NCBI GenBank assembly: GCA_951406725.2
Contig: OX597824.1
Coordinates: 53,692,001-53,756,000, forward strand
DNA length: 64,000 bases
Direction: 5' to 3'
From: Octopus vulgaris
Lineage: Eukaryota
The position numbers and the translations under genes were made by a program. The stretch's first letter is position 1. Each line of letters starts with the position of its first letter. The notes under the pieces were generated by a model. That model was not told the origin of the DNA. It was given only the letters and a program-made list of their open reading frames with translations, and did not search any database. Below, piece after piece: positions 1-13,486 of this stretch.

Positions 1-1500
1 GAATTACTTGACATAAACTTAATTCTGTTGGAATTGACTTCAGAGACAATAACCCTGTTATTAATATTTCTAAGGGTATTAGCTAAATTAATGTTAGTAT
101 TAGTAAATGTGTGAAGGCGCAATGGCCCAGTGGTTAGGGCAGCGGACTCGCGGTCATAGGATCGCAGTTTCGATTCCCAGGCTGGGCGTTGTGAGTGTTT
201 ATTGAGCGAAAACTAAGTTCCTAGTGATTGCGCTAGAATGGTTACTGAATTGGCTAATATACTTAAGATTGGTCGATGGTTTGTGGTATGGGAAGTACGA
301 ATTATTGTGTAAGTTAAATGTAATATCTAAAAAGTTGGCTTTTGTTTCATCATCATTAGAAATGATGCCCAAGCCCATTCTATGGAAAAACTTAATTAAA
401 CTATTCTTAACTTTTTGGTCAGAAACATTTTGAAGGTAAAGTAAACAATTATCACGATATAGACCTCCATTGATGCTTGGGAACTGTTCTGCCACTTCAA
501 AAAGTTTATATATATACAGACTAAATCAGCTACTTGTGCTGAATCAGAACTTCCCATCGTGACATCAAAACCATCAGGTGTGTCTTTACAGACCCACATC
601 TTATTGTCAAACTTTATGATAGATTTTCTGGTGACCAACACAACATTAATTTCTTCCTTGGTGAGACCAGCTTTGTTATGAACAAGCCAAAGTGCCTTAT
701 TAAGTACTATTGTGTTGATGGAGGAATAAAAATTAGAAATGTCAAACTGGATAAACTTAGTACTTCTCTTAGTAGTAATAGAACTAAACCAGTCAACGAC
801 TTGGAATGAGTTGGACCATAAACTAAGCTTTAATTTTTAAATTAATGTAGGAATATATTTATCTTGAATATTTTTACTAAGTACACCGATGTCAGAGCTA
901 GGACAGGTAAGTCTTAAGGATGATTTATTAAAAAAATTATATTTATGATCTTTCAAAATAAAATTAGGTTGCTTAGGATCAAGTGGTTCTGTCTTCATCA
1001 TCTATAACTTAGAGATAAACGTGTACTCAAGGTTGGCTTTCTTGAGTACACTTTTATTGGTAATTCTATAGTTGTTTTTTTATTTCTTTTTTAAGCAGTT
1101 CCAAGTAGTAGTCCTTGTTAAGTTTGTACAGGTTTCACATTTTATTCAATTGAACCAGCATACTATCCATGGTATTAATTTCCTTGGTGATATTGTGAAG
1201 ATACCTCAGATGTTTATTCCTTAGCAGTGATCGGTGAAATTTTACATTTCACACAATGGACCCAAGATCATCTTCAAACTATTTCAATCTTGGGTTAGGT
1301 GGAGGATTATTTTTAGATTTAAACAATTTGTTAAATTCATAGGTTATATCATTAGTGAGTTGTTGAATGTCCTTCCTGTCGAAGAAAAAGGAGAGCCATC
1401 TGATATGGTTAATAAAGGAATTTGTCTTATTAACAAGTTGCTTAAGGAAAGCATTCTTTGGGGGAATGTGTATATCCTTAAGAGATGTGTTTGTATTAAA
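1..1500 (-). pseudogene. Penelope-like element (PLE) reverse transcriptase ORF, frameshifted; continues off the left edge
   Basis: Fragments FDVTMGSSDSAQVADLV (RT motif B), GGLYRDN (degenerate YRDD), NFLDITFNL. N-terminus FNTNTSLKDIHIPPK resembles the PLE ORF start at 47188. The first 3 codons are displaced to 4857-4865 by a Helitron. Confidence 0.85.
115..213 (+). mobile_element. tRNA-derived SINE head (truncated) inside the PLE
   Basis: A-box TGGCCCAGTGG and B-box GTTTCGATTCC followed by non-tRNA sequence; it interrupts the PLE reading frame. Confidence 0.7.
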
Positions 1501-4500
1501 CTAGCAGAATAGCCCAGCGATGGTTGGGGCTGAATTGCTTGAAAGTACTGTTAATGATTGCACTGAATTATGATGATTATTCAGGCAAATATTGATATAA
1601 GTTTACGGCGAATGAATGAATTTGTAAGTGTATAGAAAGCCGTGTAAAGGGGTTCCTACCCCCTCGTAGAATGGTGTAAGAATTGAATGCGAGGTTGCTT
1701 TGAAAAGAGCCATGTTATTGTTCTCATAATTGTAAGAATTTGATAGTCGTGGAAGGCGGTGTAAAACGTTCACAGGTGAATAGGGTCTCTTCATTTTCCA
1801 CGAACGGCAGCGGATGTGCTGTTACAAAACTTCATGCTGTGTTAAAAGAGAATGGATGCCCTATGTAGGCAAGAGGGGAATGGAGCATGGGTAATTTATA
1901 AAATATAGAACAATAGCATCTACTCACCATATGTCAGACCAGCAAGACTGTAGTGGTGCTGAATAGATGAATCACAACACAGTGGTGGAGATGTTTTCAT
2001 TGATGGGCGTTATGATTAAATTTGTTGTTGTATAAAATGATCTGTTGCTTAGTTTCCAAAGTGTATGTTGCGATCGTGTTGTCGCTTATGTAAACTTTAA
2101 CAGTGAGAGTGTAGATGTAGGGGGTAGATGTGTCATGTACGTTGGATATAGAAGATGAGGCTGGTGGTTTGATGATGAATGGATAGAAATAGAGGTGAGC
2201 GAAGGACAGGTGTTGTTTAAGTGTGAATTAATGTCATGAAACGCCTAAAAATGTAAATGCCATCATAAAAGAGAGTCATATGTAAGTGAAATACTAACGT
2301 GTTCAAAAATGATGAAACGTAGTAATCCTATAAAACCTCCTTGTACACAATGCTTTTTGTTTTTCGTTGTGGAACGAATGCGAAAGCATCACTGTTGCTG
2401 CCGACACGCGAGCAGGCAACATAAAGCTGACCATGAGAGAAACATGGCTCTCCCAAATGTATTCCCACCACAGACAGTGTTTGACATTGCGAAACATGGC
2501 CTTACTGGGAACTGGGACCTCCGAAATATGAAAGGTAGATCTGCTCCTGATGGGAAAAGATGCATCCTAGGTATGAGCACAATGTTGCCTCGACTGCACC
2601 CTGTGATAATGGTGGCCTCAATCAGATTGGGAGATAAGGACTTAACGATCAAACGTGTGCCATTGCATTGTTTTGGGGGAACCAAATTTGTAATAAGCAT
2701 TATAGGGGCACCAACTTTAAGTTTGAGAATGTGCGGTGGTAGTCTGGGGGGCTCAAAGGAATTGAGTACCTCTATTGGATAGTTGATGACATCCTCTGGG
2801 TCAGGAGTTGTATCGTTAGACTTATATACATAGACACCTCCAGGAATGAGTTTTAGCATTTCATCATTAATATGGTGAACAGTTTTATTCCTTGGGGCCA
2901 GAATAGCCCTTTGGCCAATCCAATCCATATTCTGATAATTAGCTTGTAGATCTGGGAACATTGCATCTCTGAGATCAGAAGGCGTTTTAACAATGGTACA
3001 AATGGAATCGATGGCAATATTACCATTTTCATCCCCTGGTATTTTGCCTTCGCCAAGTGCAAGGAGGGTGTGAGAAAATGCTGCTGATGTGATATCACAT
3101 CGCATATGAGCACGCATATTGGTGTGAAGTTTGAGAGTCTTCACCAGTGGCCACAATGTGGATGACTTAAGACACGCACTTACTGCATCAGCTCTAGTCC
3201 CTTTGGGAATAACGGGAAGTGTTTGCCGGAAGTCCCCTGAAAGAAGAAGTGTTATACCTCCCATGGGAGCTGAAGAGTGTTTGATGTCTCTGAGAGATCT
3301 ATCTAGTGCCTCAAGAGCACCTCTGTGGGCCATCGTGCATTCATCCCAAACGATAAGCTTGCATTGTCTGAAGACTTCTGCCTGATCGGAGCTGTTACTG
3401 ATGTTGCAAGTTGGTGTCTCAGTCTTCGCTAAGTCAAGCGGGAGCTTGAAAGTGGAGTGAGCTGTCCTGCCGCCTGGCAACAAAGTATCCGCAATTCCAG
3501 ATGATGCCACAGCTAGGGCAATGCCTTGTGTTCGCCTAATCTCAGCCAATATTAATTTGACAAAAGTTTTCCCAGTGCCCCCAGGAGCGTCCAGGAAAAA
3601 AATCCCTCCAGCTTTGGCCCGGACTTAATTAACAACAGAGTTGTAAGTGAACTTCTGTTCTGGAAGGAGCTTTGGCTCATTGTCGGCTATGTACTCGGCA
3701 AGCTCGTCAACATTAAAACGTCTCACGCAGCAAATGTGAAGACAGAGTGTTTGTGCCTTCCCAGTTTGTTGAAGGTAGGCCATAGACCGGCAAGGCACTA
3801 CCGCCCATATCAAGTACAGTATCTTCGAACGTAGTTTGTTACCACACAGCCACACCTGCCCCTATGTATGTGTGTGTGTGTGTGCATATGGGTAGATATA
3901 TTATGCATATATATATGTGTACATATTACATGTACATCTATATATATATACATCTACACATAAAATACAAAATACAAAGTTATATCTTGATATCGCTAGT
4001 GATAACAATACTCAAAATATATAACAGACTGTAATTGTAGGCCCGTCTCTTGCAATTTCGATCAATTGGATCTTGTCCTCCCTCTTCTATAGAAGTGTAT
4101 GGCTGCAGCGAAATTCATTTTTGGACTTTCTTCTATCAAAGGCATTTTAACAAAAATGCTTCCGTAAAGACGGTGAAAATATTGTCAATTTCCCCAAACA
4201 GGGACACAATTCAATTTTTAAACAATAACCAAAGCCCCTTCTCCGAAAGGGGGAGGGTTACGGTTTACAATTATTTAACAAATGCAACATGTTTCCCTGA
4301 CGAGGAACCAACAAACGTGATTACAATAGTGAAACAGTAATAACAACAAACCTTTTTAATTTATCCCCATTTATGTGAAACCACTTATTCAAGTTCAAGT
4401 CATTGATGCAATTTTATACGAATTGCTAATACACACACACACACATAATAAGGGTGAAAAATTGAATATTAATTTGATTAATATGAATTGAAAACCAGTG

Positions 4501-4856
4501 GTGTAGCATATAAGACCATAGCGGATCTTCCTCTAGCAAAAAGGATGACCAGTATTAATGGCTCATCCCTGTTACATAATACTTTCACACTTGCAAAGAG
4601 AAAGTAGGAGAAAGTGTGGTGGTAATAGCAGGAGTAAACAACTTGAAATGAGAGAGGCAAATCGTAAAATATTGAGTTTTCTCGAATTTTTGCTTAATTG
4701 GGGGTCAAATTGGAAACACTTTACATGCCATGACCCAATCGAATCTACTTGGAAAAATCATAGGTAAATTCCAATTGAAGAAATTCTATATTGTAGAATT
4801 GTATTAAAAAGAAACATGGGAACAGGCAGAGAAAATCTGCCTTTTATCATGAGAGA
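1501..4856 (-). mobile_element. Helitron, internally deleted, both termini present
   Basis: On the minus strand it starts with TC (4856) and ends with a GC hairpin AGCCC-CAACCATCGCT-GGGCT followed by ATTCTG-CTAG (1501). Inserted between A and T with no TSD; carries a PIF1 helicase remnant. Confidence 0.9.
2389..3720 (-). pseudogene. Helitron RepHel C-terminal PIF1-family (SF1B) helicase, frameshifted
   Basis: FLDAPGGTGKTF Walker A (~3560-3600), AVASSGIA, GRTAHSTFKLP, IVWDECTM, SGDFRQTLPV, CNGTRL, QFPVRPCFAM. No Rep domain seen. Confidence 0.9.
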
Positions 4857-5090
4857 TAACTCCATATGCTGTAACTATTTTATTAGCAGGTTATATGGAA
4901 ATATATGAAGTATATATAAATACATGTGTGTATTTTTCATCCCTTTACATATCCATCATATTCTGTTAAAATGTCTTATTGACAAGTTTTATTTCTTCAT
5001 TTCCTCAAAGAGAAGACTACATTGTTTCACACCATTTTGTTCTTTTGGAATAATACCAATATCTTCGAAGCATGTCGGAAGTATATATAC
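4857..5090 (-). mobile_element. 5' end of the PLE at 1-1500 (ATG GAG TTA plus upstream leader)
   Basis: Removing the Helitron joins ATG GAG TTA (4865-4857) in frame to TTT AAT ACA (1500 downward), giving MELFNTNTSLKD. Confidence 0.75.
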
Positions 5091-5119
5091 ATATATATAT
5101 CTATATTCTTATACTAGTA

Positions 5120-5780
5120 GCTACACTTTCAGTGCACCCACCCCCACTACTGACTTGGTCATCTAGGTAACGGAAGCTATCAACTACTTCTAGTTTTTCT
5201 CTGCACATTTTCAGTGTTTATTGCTCCTGAGCATCTGCCACATACAAAAACTATCTTCCCAGTTAGCCTTCCTTTGATATTGCTGCACCTCTTAAGTGTC
5301 CATAGCTTACACTGGGTACATCTTATAGTTTCCACCTATGCCTTTTCTACAGATCGAGCAGGGCCATCTACCTGAAAGGATTTGTGGTTTGTCTACCTTC
5401 CTACTTATTAGGTCTTTGGTTTTAGCTAGGTTGACTCTAAGGCCCTTCTATTCTAATCCTTGCTTCCACACCTGAAACTTTTCCTCCAGTTCTGATAGTG
5501 ACTCAGCAATTAGAGAAAGGTCATCAGCATAGAGGAGCTCCTAGGGGCAACTGTCTTGAATTCCTCTGTTATTGCCTGGAGGACTATGATAAATAAGAAG
5601 GGGCTGAGCACTGAACCCCTACCTCTACCTGGAATTCTTCACTGTACTTGTTGCCAACCCTCACCTTACTTACAGCATCCTTGTACATGGCTTACACAGC
5701 TCTCACTAACCAATCTATCCCTAGTTTCTTCATTGACCACCAGATAAGGGATTGGGGGACCCTGTCAAAGGTTTTCTATA
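5120..5780 (-). mobile_element. RTE-clade LINE RT fragment, decayed
   Basis: ELLYADD motif at ~5520-5540 and a QGSVLSPFLF-like segment nearby; multiple stops. Confidence 0.7.
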
Positions 5781-6520
5781 CTACATATATATATATATAT
5801 ATATAAAATCAAAATAAGCAACAAGGATATAGAGAGGTAATGCAGTATGATCGCTTCAAGCTACTCCATTTAATTGAACAATGCAATCATTACATCACAT
5901 AAGATTTCCCCTATTTCATTATCAATGGTCTACTATTGGCTTGCTCCTTTAATTGTCAGCTAACATCTTGATTTAAGAATTTCTTGACCAAAGCTTATTA
6001 TATTGCTTCAAATAAATCTTGATAGTTTTTTATGACTATACCCACTATGATTTCTGTCAACTCCCTCAGCCCGCTTCCTAGCAGGCACTACTCCTTGTTC
6101 TTTTAGCCTTAGATATACAAAGATTTGATAAACTAGTCTATAAATTAAATCTGACCCCATAAAACAGTGACAAGCAAAATCACAGCATATTTTACCATTG
6201 CCTCAAACTGTCCCTATCCTTGGTAGTAAAACTGGATACGTGGGAACTGTGTGGAAGCTTTGAATTGCTCTATAGATGCATCAAAGTACCAACCTTGTCA
6301 TTAGATCACAATCATTTTGCCTGAAGATTAAGTTGAGGATACAACAATTTGTAGAATACTCAGCCACTAACGCACTACTTCCATGAGGAGATAGTTCAGT
6401 TAAATGAACAACTGCAATATTCCATTTCCTACCTACAGCGATCTAATAAAAATGTACCATTAAAAAAGATTTGAAGAGATAATATTTATAAATTTTTAAT
6501 GAAATTGAGATGAACGTATT

Positions 6521-6898
6521 TCATTGATGAATATTTTTCAAAAGTTCTTTAATATGAGAAGAAACCTTATATTTTTTTCTTCTTTTGCGAGATTTTTTGA
6601 CGCCATTGTCTATGCTAGGAACAGCATTTACAACTTTCTTTTTCTTGCATGACAATGGATTAGCTCCCTTTTTTGACTTTCGCTTCTTAAAATCAACATG
6701 AGGTTTTTTAACCAAAATCTTGTCTTTTAACTGATTTAATACTTTGTCTTCATAATTTAATTCCTCCACTTCTCCAGCAAAACCATCTGTTGCTATTTGC
6801 TGAGAAGCTTTGCTTGGTTGCTCAATACAGACAGTTCTATCAATGAAAATGATGGGAACACCAGGATGTTTTCGAAGAACCTTCTGAATTTTCTTGTC
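6521..6898 (-). CDS. UTP23: UTP23 rRNA-processing protein, coding exon 3 (terminal)
   Basis: Acceptor ttttcctag|GAC. Encodes DKKIQKVLRKHPGVPIIFI...KGANPLSCKKKK...TGA, matching the UTP23 C-terminus (PGVP, PNPLSC, basic tail). Phase 0 fits exon 2. Confidence 0.93.
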   Translation of the reverse strand, partial: DKKIQKVLRKHPGVPIIFIDRTVCIEQPSKASQQIATDGFAGEVEELNYEDKVLNQLKDKILVKKPHVDFKKRKSKKGANPLSCKKKKVVNAVPSIDNGVKKSRKRRKKYKVSSHIKELLKNIHQ

Positions 6899-8759
6899 CT
6901 AGGAAAACATAAAATAAAAATAAAACTTTACAAGTATCTTATCTACTATGAAAAACTTGATTAAGTCTGAAATTCATAAACTCACAAAAAGCTTTTTTAT
7001 CTTTATTTTTTTATGGACATATCTTTTTCACAATTCATACATGCAAGCTAGAACTGAATATCTGAGAAATTTTCTTTTAGTACTGCCTAATTTGTATCCA
7101 AGACTTACCTTTCTCTCTAAAACCAAGAAGTACTTCAACTCTAAACAGCTGCAGACATTCTACAAGGCTAAATGATTCCAACCACAATAAAGTATAACTG
7201 TTACAGGTGCCTTGGCACAAATTCTTTGATTGCTAATATCTATAATATAATGATTGAAGAAGTGCAAGACTGTGTCTGGTTTATTATTTTTTTTCCCACA
7301 TTAAAAAATTCATATTACTCTGAATAAATTAGAAATTAATATTAAAAAATTTTTTAACTATAAAGTTTATTTGTATATTAACCATAAATTATAATGCTTA
7401 ATATTACAAGATTCGCTTCTGCTTTAAGTGTCAACAAATAGTTTTTCTTCATGTTCGTAAAAAATGTAATAAAACGAAAAAAACAAAACAAAAACAAGTA
7501 AATTATTTTTAACCATATTACATAATGCAAAAAACAATCCCTATCTATAGAATTAAGTTTTCAAATTGTGTTAGACTGTGGTCATGCTGGGGTACCACCT
7601 TGAAATTATTTAGTCAATAATATCATCTCCATTACTTATTCTTCTGTTACTTATTTTATTGAACTAAGTCTTTTATAAAAATATTAACCCAAATAAATGA
7701 AAAGTGTGTCTACAAAGGAATTCGACAGTGATGTGAAACATTCATTACTCTCTTTTAATTGAAATGTATTCAAGTTTCTTTTTAATTGCTGGGAAAGGGA
7801 GACTAGTTAATTTTAATTTTGTTTCTTTTTTTTTTTTTGACTATTTTCGGCAACATACTTGTTTTGTTTTTTGTTTTTCCACAATGCTGAAAAAACTTTA
7901 ATGCATTATTGTACATGTCCCACTTCAAACATATAGTCTTTTATTCTGTACCCTATCAGTACTTGCAAAAGGAAGTCATTTTCCCATCTCCAGCCTGACA
8001 TGATACACATGGACCTGAGTTTCTGCATATTGACCTGTCATCAGCATGTGACAACCACTGGTTGGTGATGGGAAATGGTTCTCAATGCAAATATATATAT
8101 ATATACTTTTTCCAGTGACGAAAAGTCACTGATCTCGAAAAAGTGAAAACAAGCAATAATAAATCTGTTTATACCTCGCTCAGAGACTTATTATTAAAGT
8201 GATAATGTTTATGAAGTAAAGCATACCTAACAAGTAAAATGAAAGATTAGAATTTCACACCTGGCATAAAGAGTGAGAAATTATGCTGCTAGCAAACCAA
8301 ATATTCCAACTACTAAACTAGAACAGTAAGTTAAAAAAGAAACAGATGTAAAAGGAATCTGGAATTGCTCTAATTAACAGCTATTCATTACATCACTGAT
8401 TCTATTTACTTGTGTAAACATTCATTTTTAAAATATTAACCTCTTCTTAGTTATTAAGCTTGCTCTGTTTAATAGAGAACAGTTCTGAGACATGTAACGT
8501 TCATGAAAGTTAACTTGATACCTGTTATGTTACCTACAAAAATTTGAGACTAAATTTTTGTTACTAAGTGTAATTCAGGTTGGTGAAGTTTTACTAAGAC
8601 TTACCAAAGAAGTACAGAGATTCCCAGACGACCACCGTAGTAGGAGCTGGCATTGAACTTTGCATAGGTACAAAAGAGGAGTGCTACCCAAGATGTTGCT
8701 GGTAGCTGAGAAACAATTGAGGCAGAGGGCTCTGATTGGGAATGTGGCAATAAGGAACT

Positions 8760-9600
8760 CAGGCTTAGGCTACTTCTAAATCCACCAGATTGGAAGCATC
8801 AAAGGAAAAGAGAAGTATACACAGACATTGAATGAAACAAGACTCTGCCCAAACACAGTGATCTTCTCAAATTCCATATACCAAACAGGTGATCATGTCC
8901 TGACTGTCCTCTGGAAAAAACATATGGAAGAGGCTCATAAAAGGAAGCTTGCCAAATACCAGGAGCTGTTAACGCTTTTGTTACCAACCCGACTGAAACT
9001 GGCTCTGAGTACAAATGTCTTGTTTTCATAAGTTTTGAATTAAAATCTTCCACCAATCCTTAGTCACAATTTATGTTCCTATTATTAGCTGAATGATAAC
9101 TAAGTTATTTTACTAAATTCATAATTATATTTAAAGTAACTGAAAGAAACACAGAGCATCTCAAAATAAATACAGTAATGAAAGGATTAAAGCAGTGCAG
9201 AAACCAGAGCTGGCAGGCATGTAACAAGGCAACTGAAATGAGCTACCTGGATTTAGCAGGGCATTTATTCTACAAAGCTGACTGGGTTTGGAATTATAAG
9301 AGGAGGGCTATAAGTTTCTTAATGAAACTGCAGAGGAAGCCACATGATGGCTTTAGATAAAGAAGGTAGATGAGAGGTTTACTGCTACTAGGATGCAAGC
9401 TGAGATTTGATTGACTCAGGCTGGGTCAACTGAGTGAAGGGGAGTTGAAAGACTTAAAAGCTCCCTGCAGCTCCAGAAACATCACTGATGATGCATCCCA
9501 GAGTATCTGTGAGACGTATCTTGGAACTATATCTCATAACCTAGCAATTCAACAAATAGAGGTTGATAAGGTTGACTAAATCTTTAAAGGCAGTGCCCAG
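8760..9600 (-). mobile_element. Possible highly decayed CR1/L2-like LINE remnant in UTP23 intron
   Basis: More GC-rich than flanks with weak LINE-like peptide fragments; no intact motif. Confidence 0.3.
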
Positions 9601-9755
9601 CGGGCCATAGTCCCTTAAATGAAATCAGTAAAAAGAATTTTTAAAAATACTCTTGCACAAATACATATAAACAGGTGTGTGTGTGTGCACGCACACGCCG
9701 CAAATACAGATGAGTACATACGTATATATACACAGCAAAATAGAAAACTACTAAC

Positions 9756-9901
9756 CTGTGTGCATAAAATATAATGGTTATTATTATTATTATTGACCAT
9801 ACTCTTGAAACACTCAACTACTGATACTGCTTTCTTTTTGTGCCCACATGAACATACTTGACAACTGCGTAGTTGAGGTAAAAGACCTGGAAACAATTTT
9901 T
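9756..9901 (-). CDS. UTP23: UTP23 coding exon 2
   Basis: Acceptor tttctag|AA, donor CAG|gttagt, 146 nt (phase 1 to 0). Encodes EKLFPGLLPQLRSCQVCSCGHKKKAVSVVECFKSMVNNNNNNHYILCTQ with the conserved C-x-H...C zinc ligands. Confidence 0.93.
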
Positions 9902-10821
9902 CTAGAAATTATAGAAAAGAAAAATGAAATCATTGTCGTCTCCACATTTTCACATTTGTTTTCTGTACAGTAGTAAAGATGAGACAGGTCTGAAAATATT
10001 TCCATGTATCTTTGTAAACTAGCATTACATCTTTGCATACATCTTTGTATATTAGCATAGATCAGTCAGGTCTGCAATGTGATAGCTTTCCATGCCTCTT
10101 AATCTATCTTAATTTCAATCAATAATTACTAATAATCTCAGATTTATCCTAACTATTTTCTTCTCATGAGTTCATATCAGCTGGCTGCAGGTATTTCACT
10201 AGAACTGTATTTTACAGTTTATTCTGTTGTATTATAAGGACATTCTCTATCCAAAGAATTGGTATTTGTATTTCTACCATTTAAGGTTTTTTAATGATAT
10301 AAAAACTACAATGAAGTTCAGCCATACAGGCTTCTTAATTTATTTGCTTAGTAAATGTAAAAAGGTCAATTACTCATACTTCACGTGAGGTGCAGCTTCC
10401 CAAGTCATTAAAAAAATGTAAAAGTCTCCCTACTCCAGTTTTAATGTGTGAAGCAGGTAGGTATATCTTCCACTGGATAAAACACCTGTCTACTGAAGGT
10501 ATTACTCCAAGATGATGTGGTGCCTGTTTCCAACAGCTAGATTAACTGAGGCAAAGTAGAACTGCGAACATTGTCCAAATACACTACAAAATGCCTGTAA
10601 CAAATCTGAACTCAAAATTATTGAATTGGAATTCCTATATCATATCCACTAAGCTATTTTAGTATTGTAGTCAAGTGAAACTGGTGCAGTACTGTTTTCC
10701 TGACCAACCAATCAAACTATCAATGGCTCAGCACTTCAAGTTATGAACAGGTATCTCCATTTTCACAGTATGCCTTCCTTTGCTCAAGCAACGCTCTCAG
10801 ATGATATAAATTGATATAGAA

Positions 10822-11215
10822 TGTAAGAAGCTTGCTTCTCAATCACATGGTTCTGGGTTCAGTCCCACTGTGTAGCACTTTGGGTGAGTGTCTTCTACTA
10901 TAGCCTCAGGCCAATCACAGCCTTGTGAGTGGATTTGGTAGACGGAAACTGAAGAAGCCTATCGTGTGTATGTGTGTGTGTATGTATATATATATATATT
11001 TGTGTGTCTGTGTTTTTCGCACCACCATCACTTGACAACCAATGCTGGTGTGTTTATGTCCCTGTAAATTAGTGGTTCAGGAAAAGAGACCAATAGAATA
11101 AGTACAAGGCTTATAAAGAATAAGTCCTGGGGTCGATTTCTTTATTTAACACCTTTTAAGGCAGTGCTCCAGTATGGCCACAGTCAAATGACTGAAACAA
11201 ATGAAAGAGTAAGAA
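10822..11215 (+). mobile_element. tRNA-derived SINE with internal (TG/TA)n
   Basis: B-box GGTTCAGTCCC; homologous to the reverse copy at 40007-40408 and to partial copies at 14150-14320 and 28090-28285. Confidence 0.8.
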
Positions 11216-11732
11216 AAAAAAAAACTAGATCTGAGCTCAAGACTTATATGTTAGCAGTCCAATAAGATATTCATTAAGTCATTTCACTTGTGGAAACCAG
11301 GAAGAGATTGTTCCATGTAAGGTTTAATAGAAATTGTGAAAAGCAACAAAATACTTCATGAACTTTACAGGACATCTCTCAGAAGTAGGAGACACACATA
11401 AGATCTGTAGAAGCAGATGTACAGAAAATCTGGTTTCTATTAAAGTTCAGTTAACAATTTATCTCTCTGTTACCCCCAAAGAACTATTGCAATATCAATA
11501 CGCAAACATTTACAAGCCTAGCTTTTAGCTGATTAATCACAAGAAGTTAATGAATAACTTAATTCTGAACATAAACTGAAATTATATTCCACTTTTACTT
11601 AGTTATTCTTAGAGCAAGATCTGAGGCCATGACTGCAAACTGTTAAAAACCTCATCAATTAATTTATTGATGAATAGCACAAAACACCATTAACTCTAAA
11701 AACCGAAATAGCACAAATCAGAAATACCATAC

Positions 11733-11949
11733 CTAAACTATGTGCCTCTGCAATTGCACACGAGGTGGTAAAAAGCCGGATTTCACTTTGCAAATATTTA
11801 GAGAGGACATCATTTATATCAAGATGATAGTTAAGTGCAGCTAAACAAAATGTCCCATCAATTAAAACTTGGTATGGTGTTCGGAAGTGAAAATAATTCT
11901 TATAAAATGCTAAAATTTTTTTAACTTTTTTTTCTCGTAAAATCTTCAT
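11733..11949 (-). CDS. UTP23: UTP23 coding exon 1 (PIN-like domain)
   Basis: MKILREKKVKK...FRTPYQVLIDGTFCLAAL...LFTTSCAIAEAHSL. Donor G|gtatgg; an upstream acceptor (polypyrimidine + cag) at 11965/11966 implies a non-coding 5' exon. Spliced product ~246 aa. Confidence 0.95.
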
Positions 11950-12736
11950 ATTCACAAAGTTATTCCTGGAACGAAACAAAAAGAGAAACCTGTTTAATTA
12001 CATGATTTCTACATTTTAAACTTACTTTTAAGAGTTGTCTTAAAACCAAATGTAAATGGCTATTTAACTCCATTGGATTAAAATAATTGGTACAAAGTCG
12101 CTCAGCAGAATTTGCTTTAATACCCAGAAAAACAATTGATTCTCATAAATTTCTAAATCTCTCTTTCTGTAATTAATCCACTTTTATTTGTTCCACAACT
12201 ATTCCATGGTGAAATACAAGTTTTAACATTTAACCCATTAAGTGGTTAAGACATCTCCCTTCTTTTGAACAGGATGTCAATCAGAGATTTTGCTCAAAGG
12301 AAATAGTAGTCAGTTATTGATGAATTACATTGATGATGTGGCAGCTAACTTACAACTAAGCAGACTGGTACCGAGTGTTTGTGTCTTTTCAACGAAAAGC
12401 AAATACTCTAACTATTCAACTACCTACTGCTCTGTATTGCTTAGATATCATTTATTTTTATGTTGTTATAGCTTCGAGGTCAATAACTTGCAAATGGCAG
12501 GGAAAATGATCAGCAAAAGAAATCATTTTTCGTCCTGATAAAAAAAAAAAAACCCCCACAAAACCATCACTTGATTGTTTGAATACCCATGACATTACAC
12601 TTGATTGTTTGAATGCCCATGACATTACACTTGTGGTTATTCCTTACAGAGGTATAAGATCAGCTGTTTAAATGTATCTAATGAAGCAAACCCATGATCA
12701 AAATCATTCCAGCCATGCTACACCGTTTATATAGAG

Positions 12737-13486
12737 CAGTGGTTCTCAACCGGGGTCCATACAACAAAATGGCAAATTGTCCACAATAGTATTTTAAGGG
12801 TTTCTGAAAAAATTTTGCTTTAGATTTATGCATTAGTATATATTGCAAGAAACAGCTAGGCTTCTTTCTCCAGCATTTTACATAGTTCAACTGATACAGT
12901 GTGTGAAAAACAAAATAGGAACATTGAAAGAAGGGTCATTATAAAGATCCTCATCCGGGAACAAAAACAAAAATTAACCAGCCTGGGGGGTGTTAACAAG
13001 TATGCGGAAAACGAATATGAAAAAAGAATGTGCGCTGACGACCGGGGGGGGGACTTTCGAAAAATTCACAGGATCCGATTTTTCCGTCATAACTTCTGGT
13101 AAAATGGATATATATATTGATCTTTTTTTACGGAATCCCGCGTTTTTGGTTATGAAGGATCAAATTCTGTAAAACAAGATCAATATATATATCTATTTTA
13201 CCGGAGGTTATGACGGAAAAATCGGATCTTGTGAATTTTCCGAAAGTCCCCTCTTCATCCCCCAAGTCGTTACCGCGCATTTTTTTTTTCATATTCATTT
13301 TCCTCATACTTGTTAACACCCCCAGACTGGTTAATTTTTGTTTTTGTTCCCGAGTGAGGATCTTTATATTGACCGAAAGAAGTATCTATAAAACTAGTTT
13401 CTAAACGTCGAATGGCTATGGGGGTCCACCAGAATAAAATAATAATCAAAGGAGTCCATAGATAAAAAAATGGTGGACAACCACTG
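12737..13486. mobile_element. hAT (Charlie-like) non-autonomous element
   Basis: Termini CAGTGGTT...AACCACTG; imperfect 8-bp TSD ATATAGAG/ATAAAGAA. Confidence 0.65.
12934..13374. mobile_element. Fold-back MITE (441 bp), Merlin-like, nested in the hAT element
   Basis: ~200-bp TIRs starting GGTCA / ending TGACC; perfect 8-bp TSD GAAAGAAG (12926-12933, 13375-13382). Confidence 0.85.

Noticed and set aside
115-190. Apparent tRNA gene
   Set aside because: Has A/B boxes but no convincing cloverleaf or poly-T terminator and runs into SINE body sequence; treated as a SINE head.
5015-5075. Hammerhead-like motif (minus) upstream of the PLE start
   Set aside because: GAAACAATGTA half is present, but the core (TCGAAGA) and stem I pairing are too poor to call.
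12568-12633. 30-bp direct repeat, CRISPR-like at first glance
   Set aside because: Two adjacent copies with no spacers in eukaryotic DNA; a simple tandem duplication.
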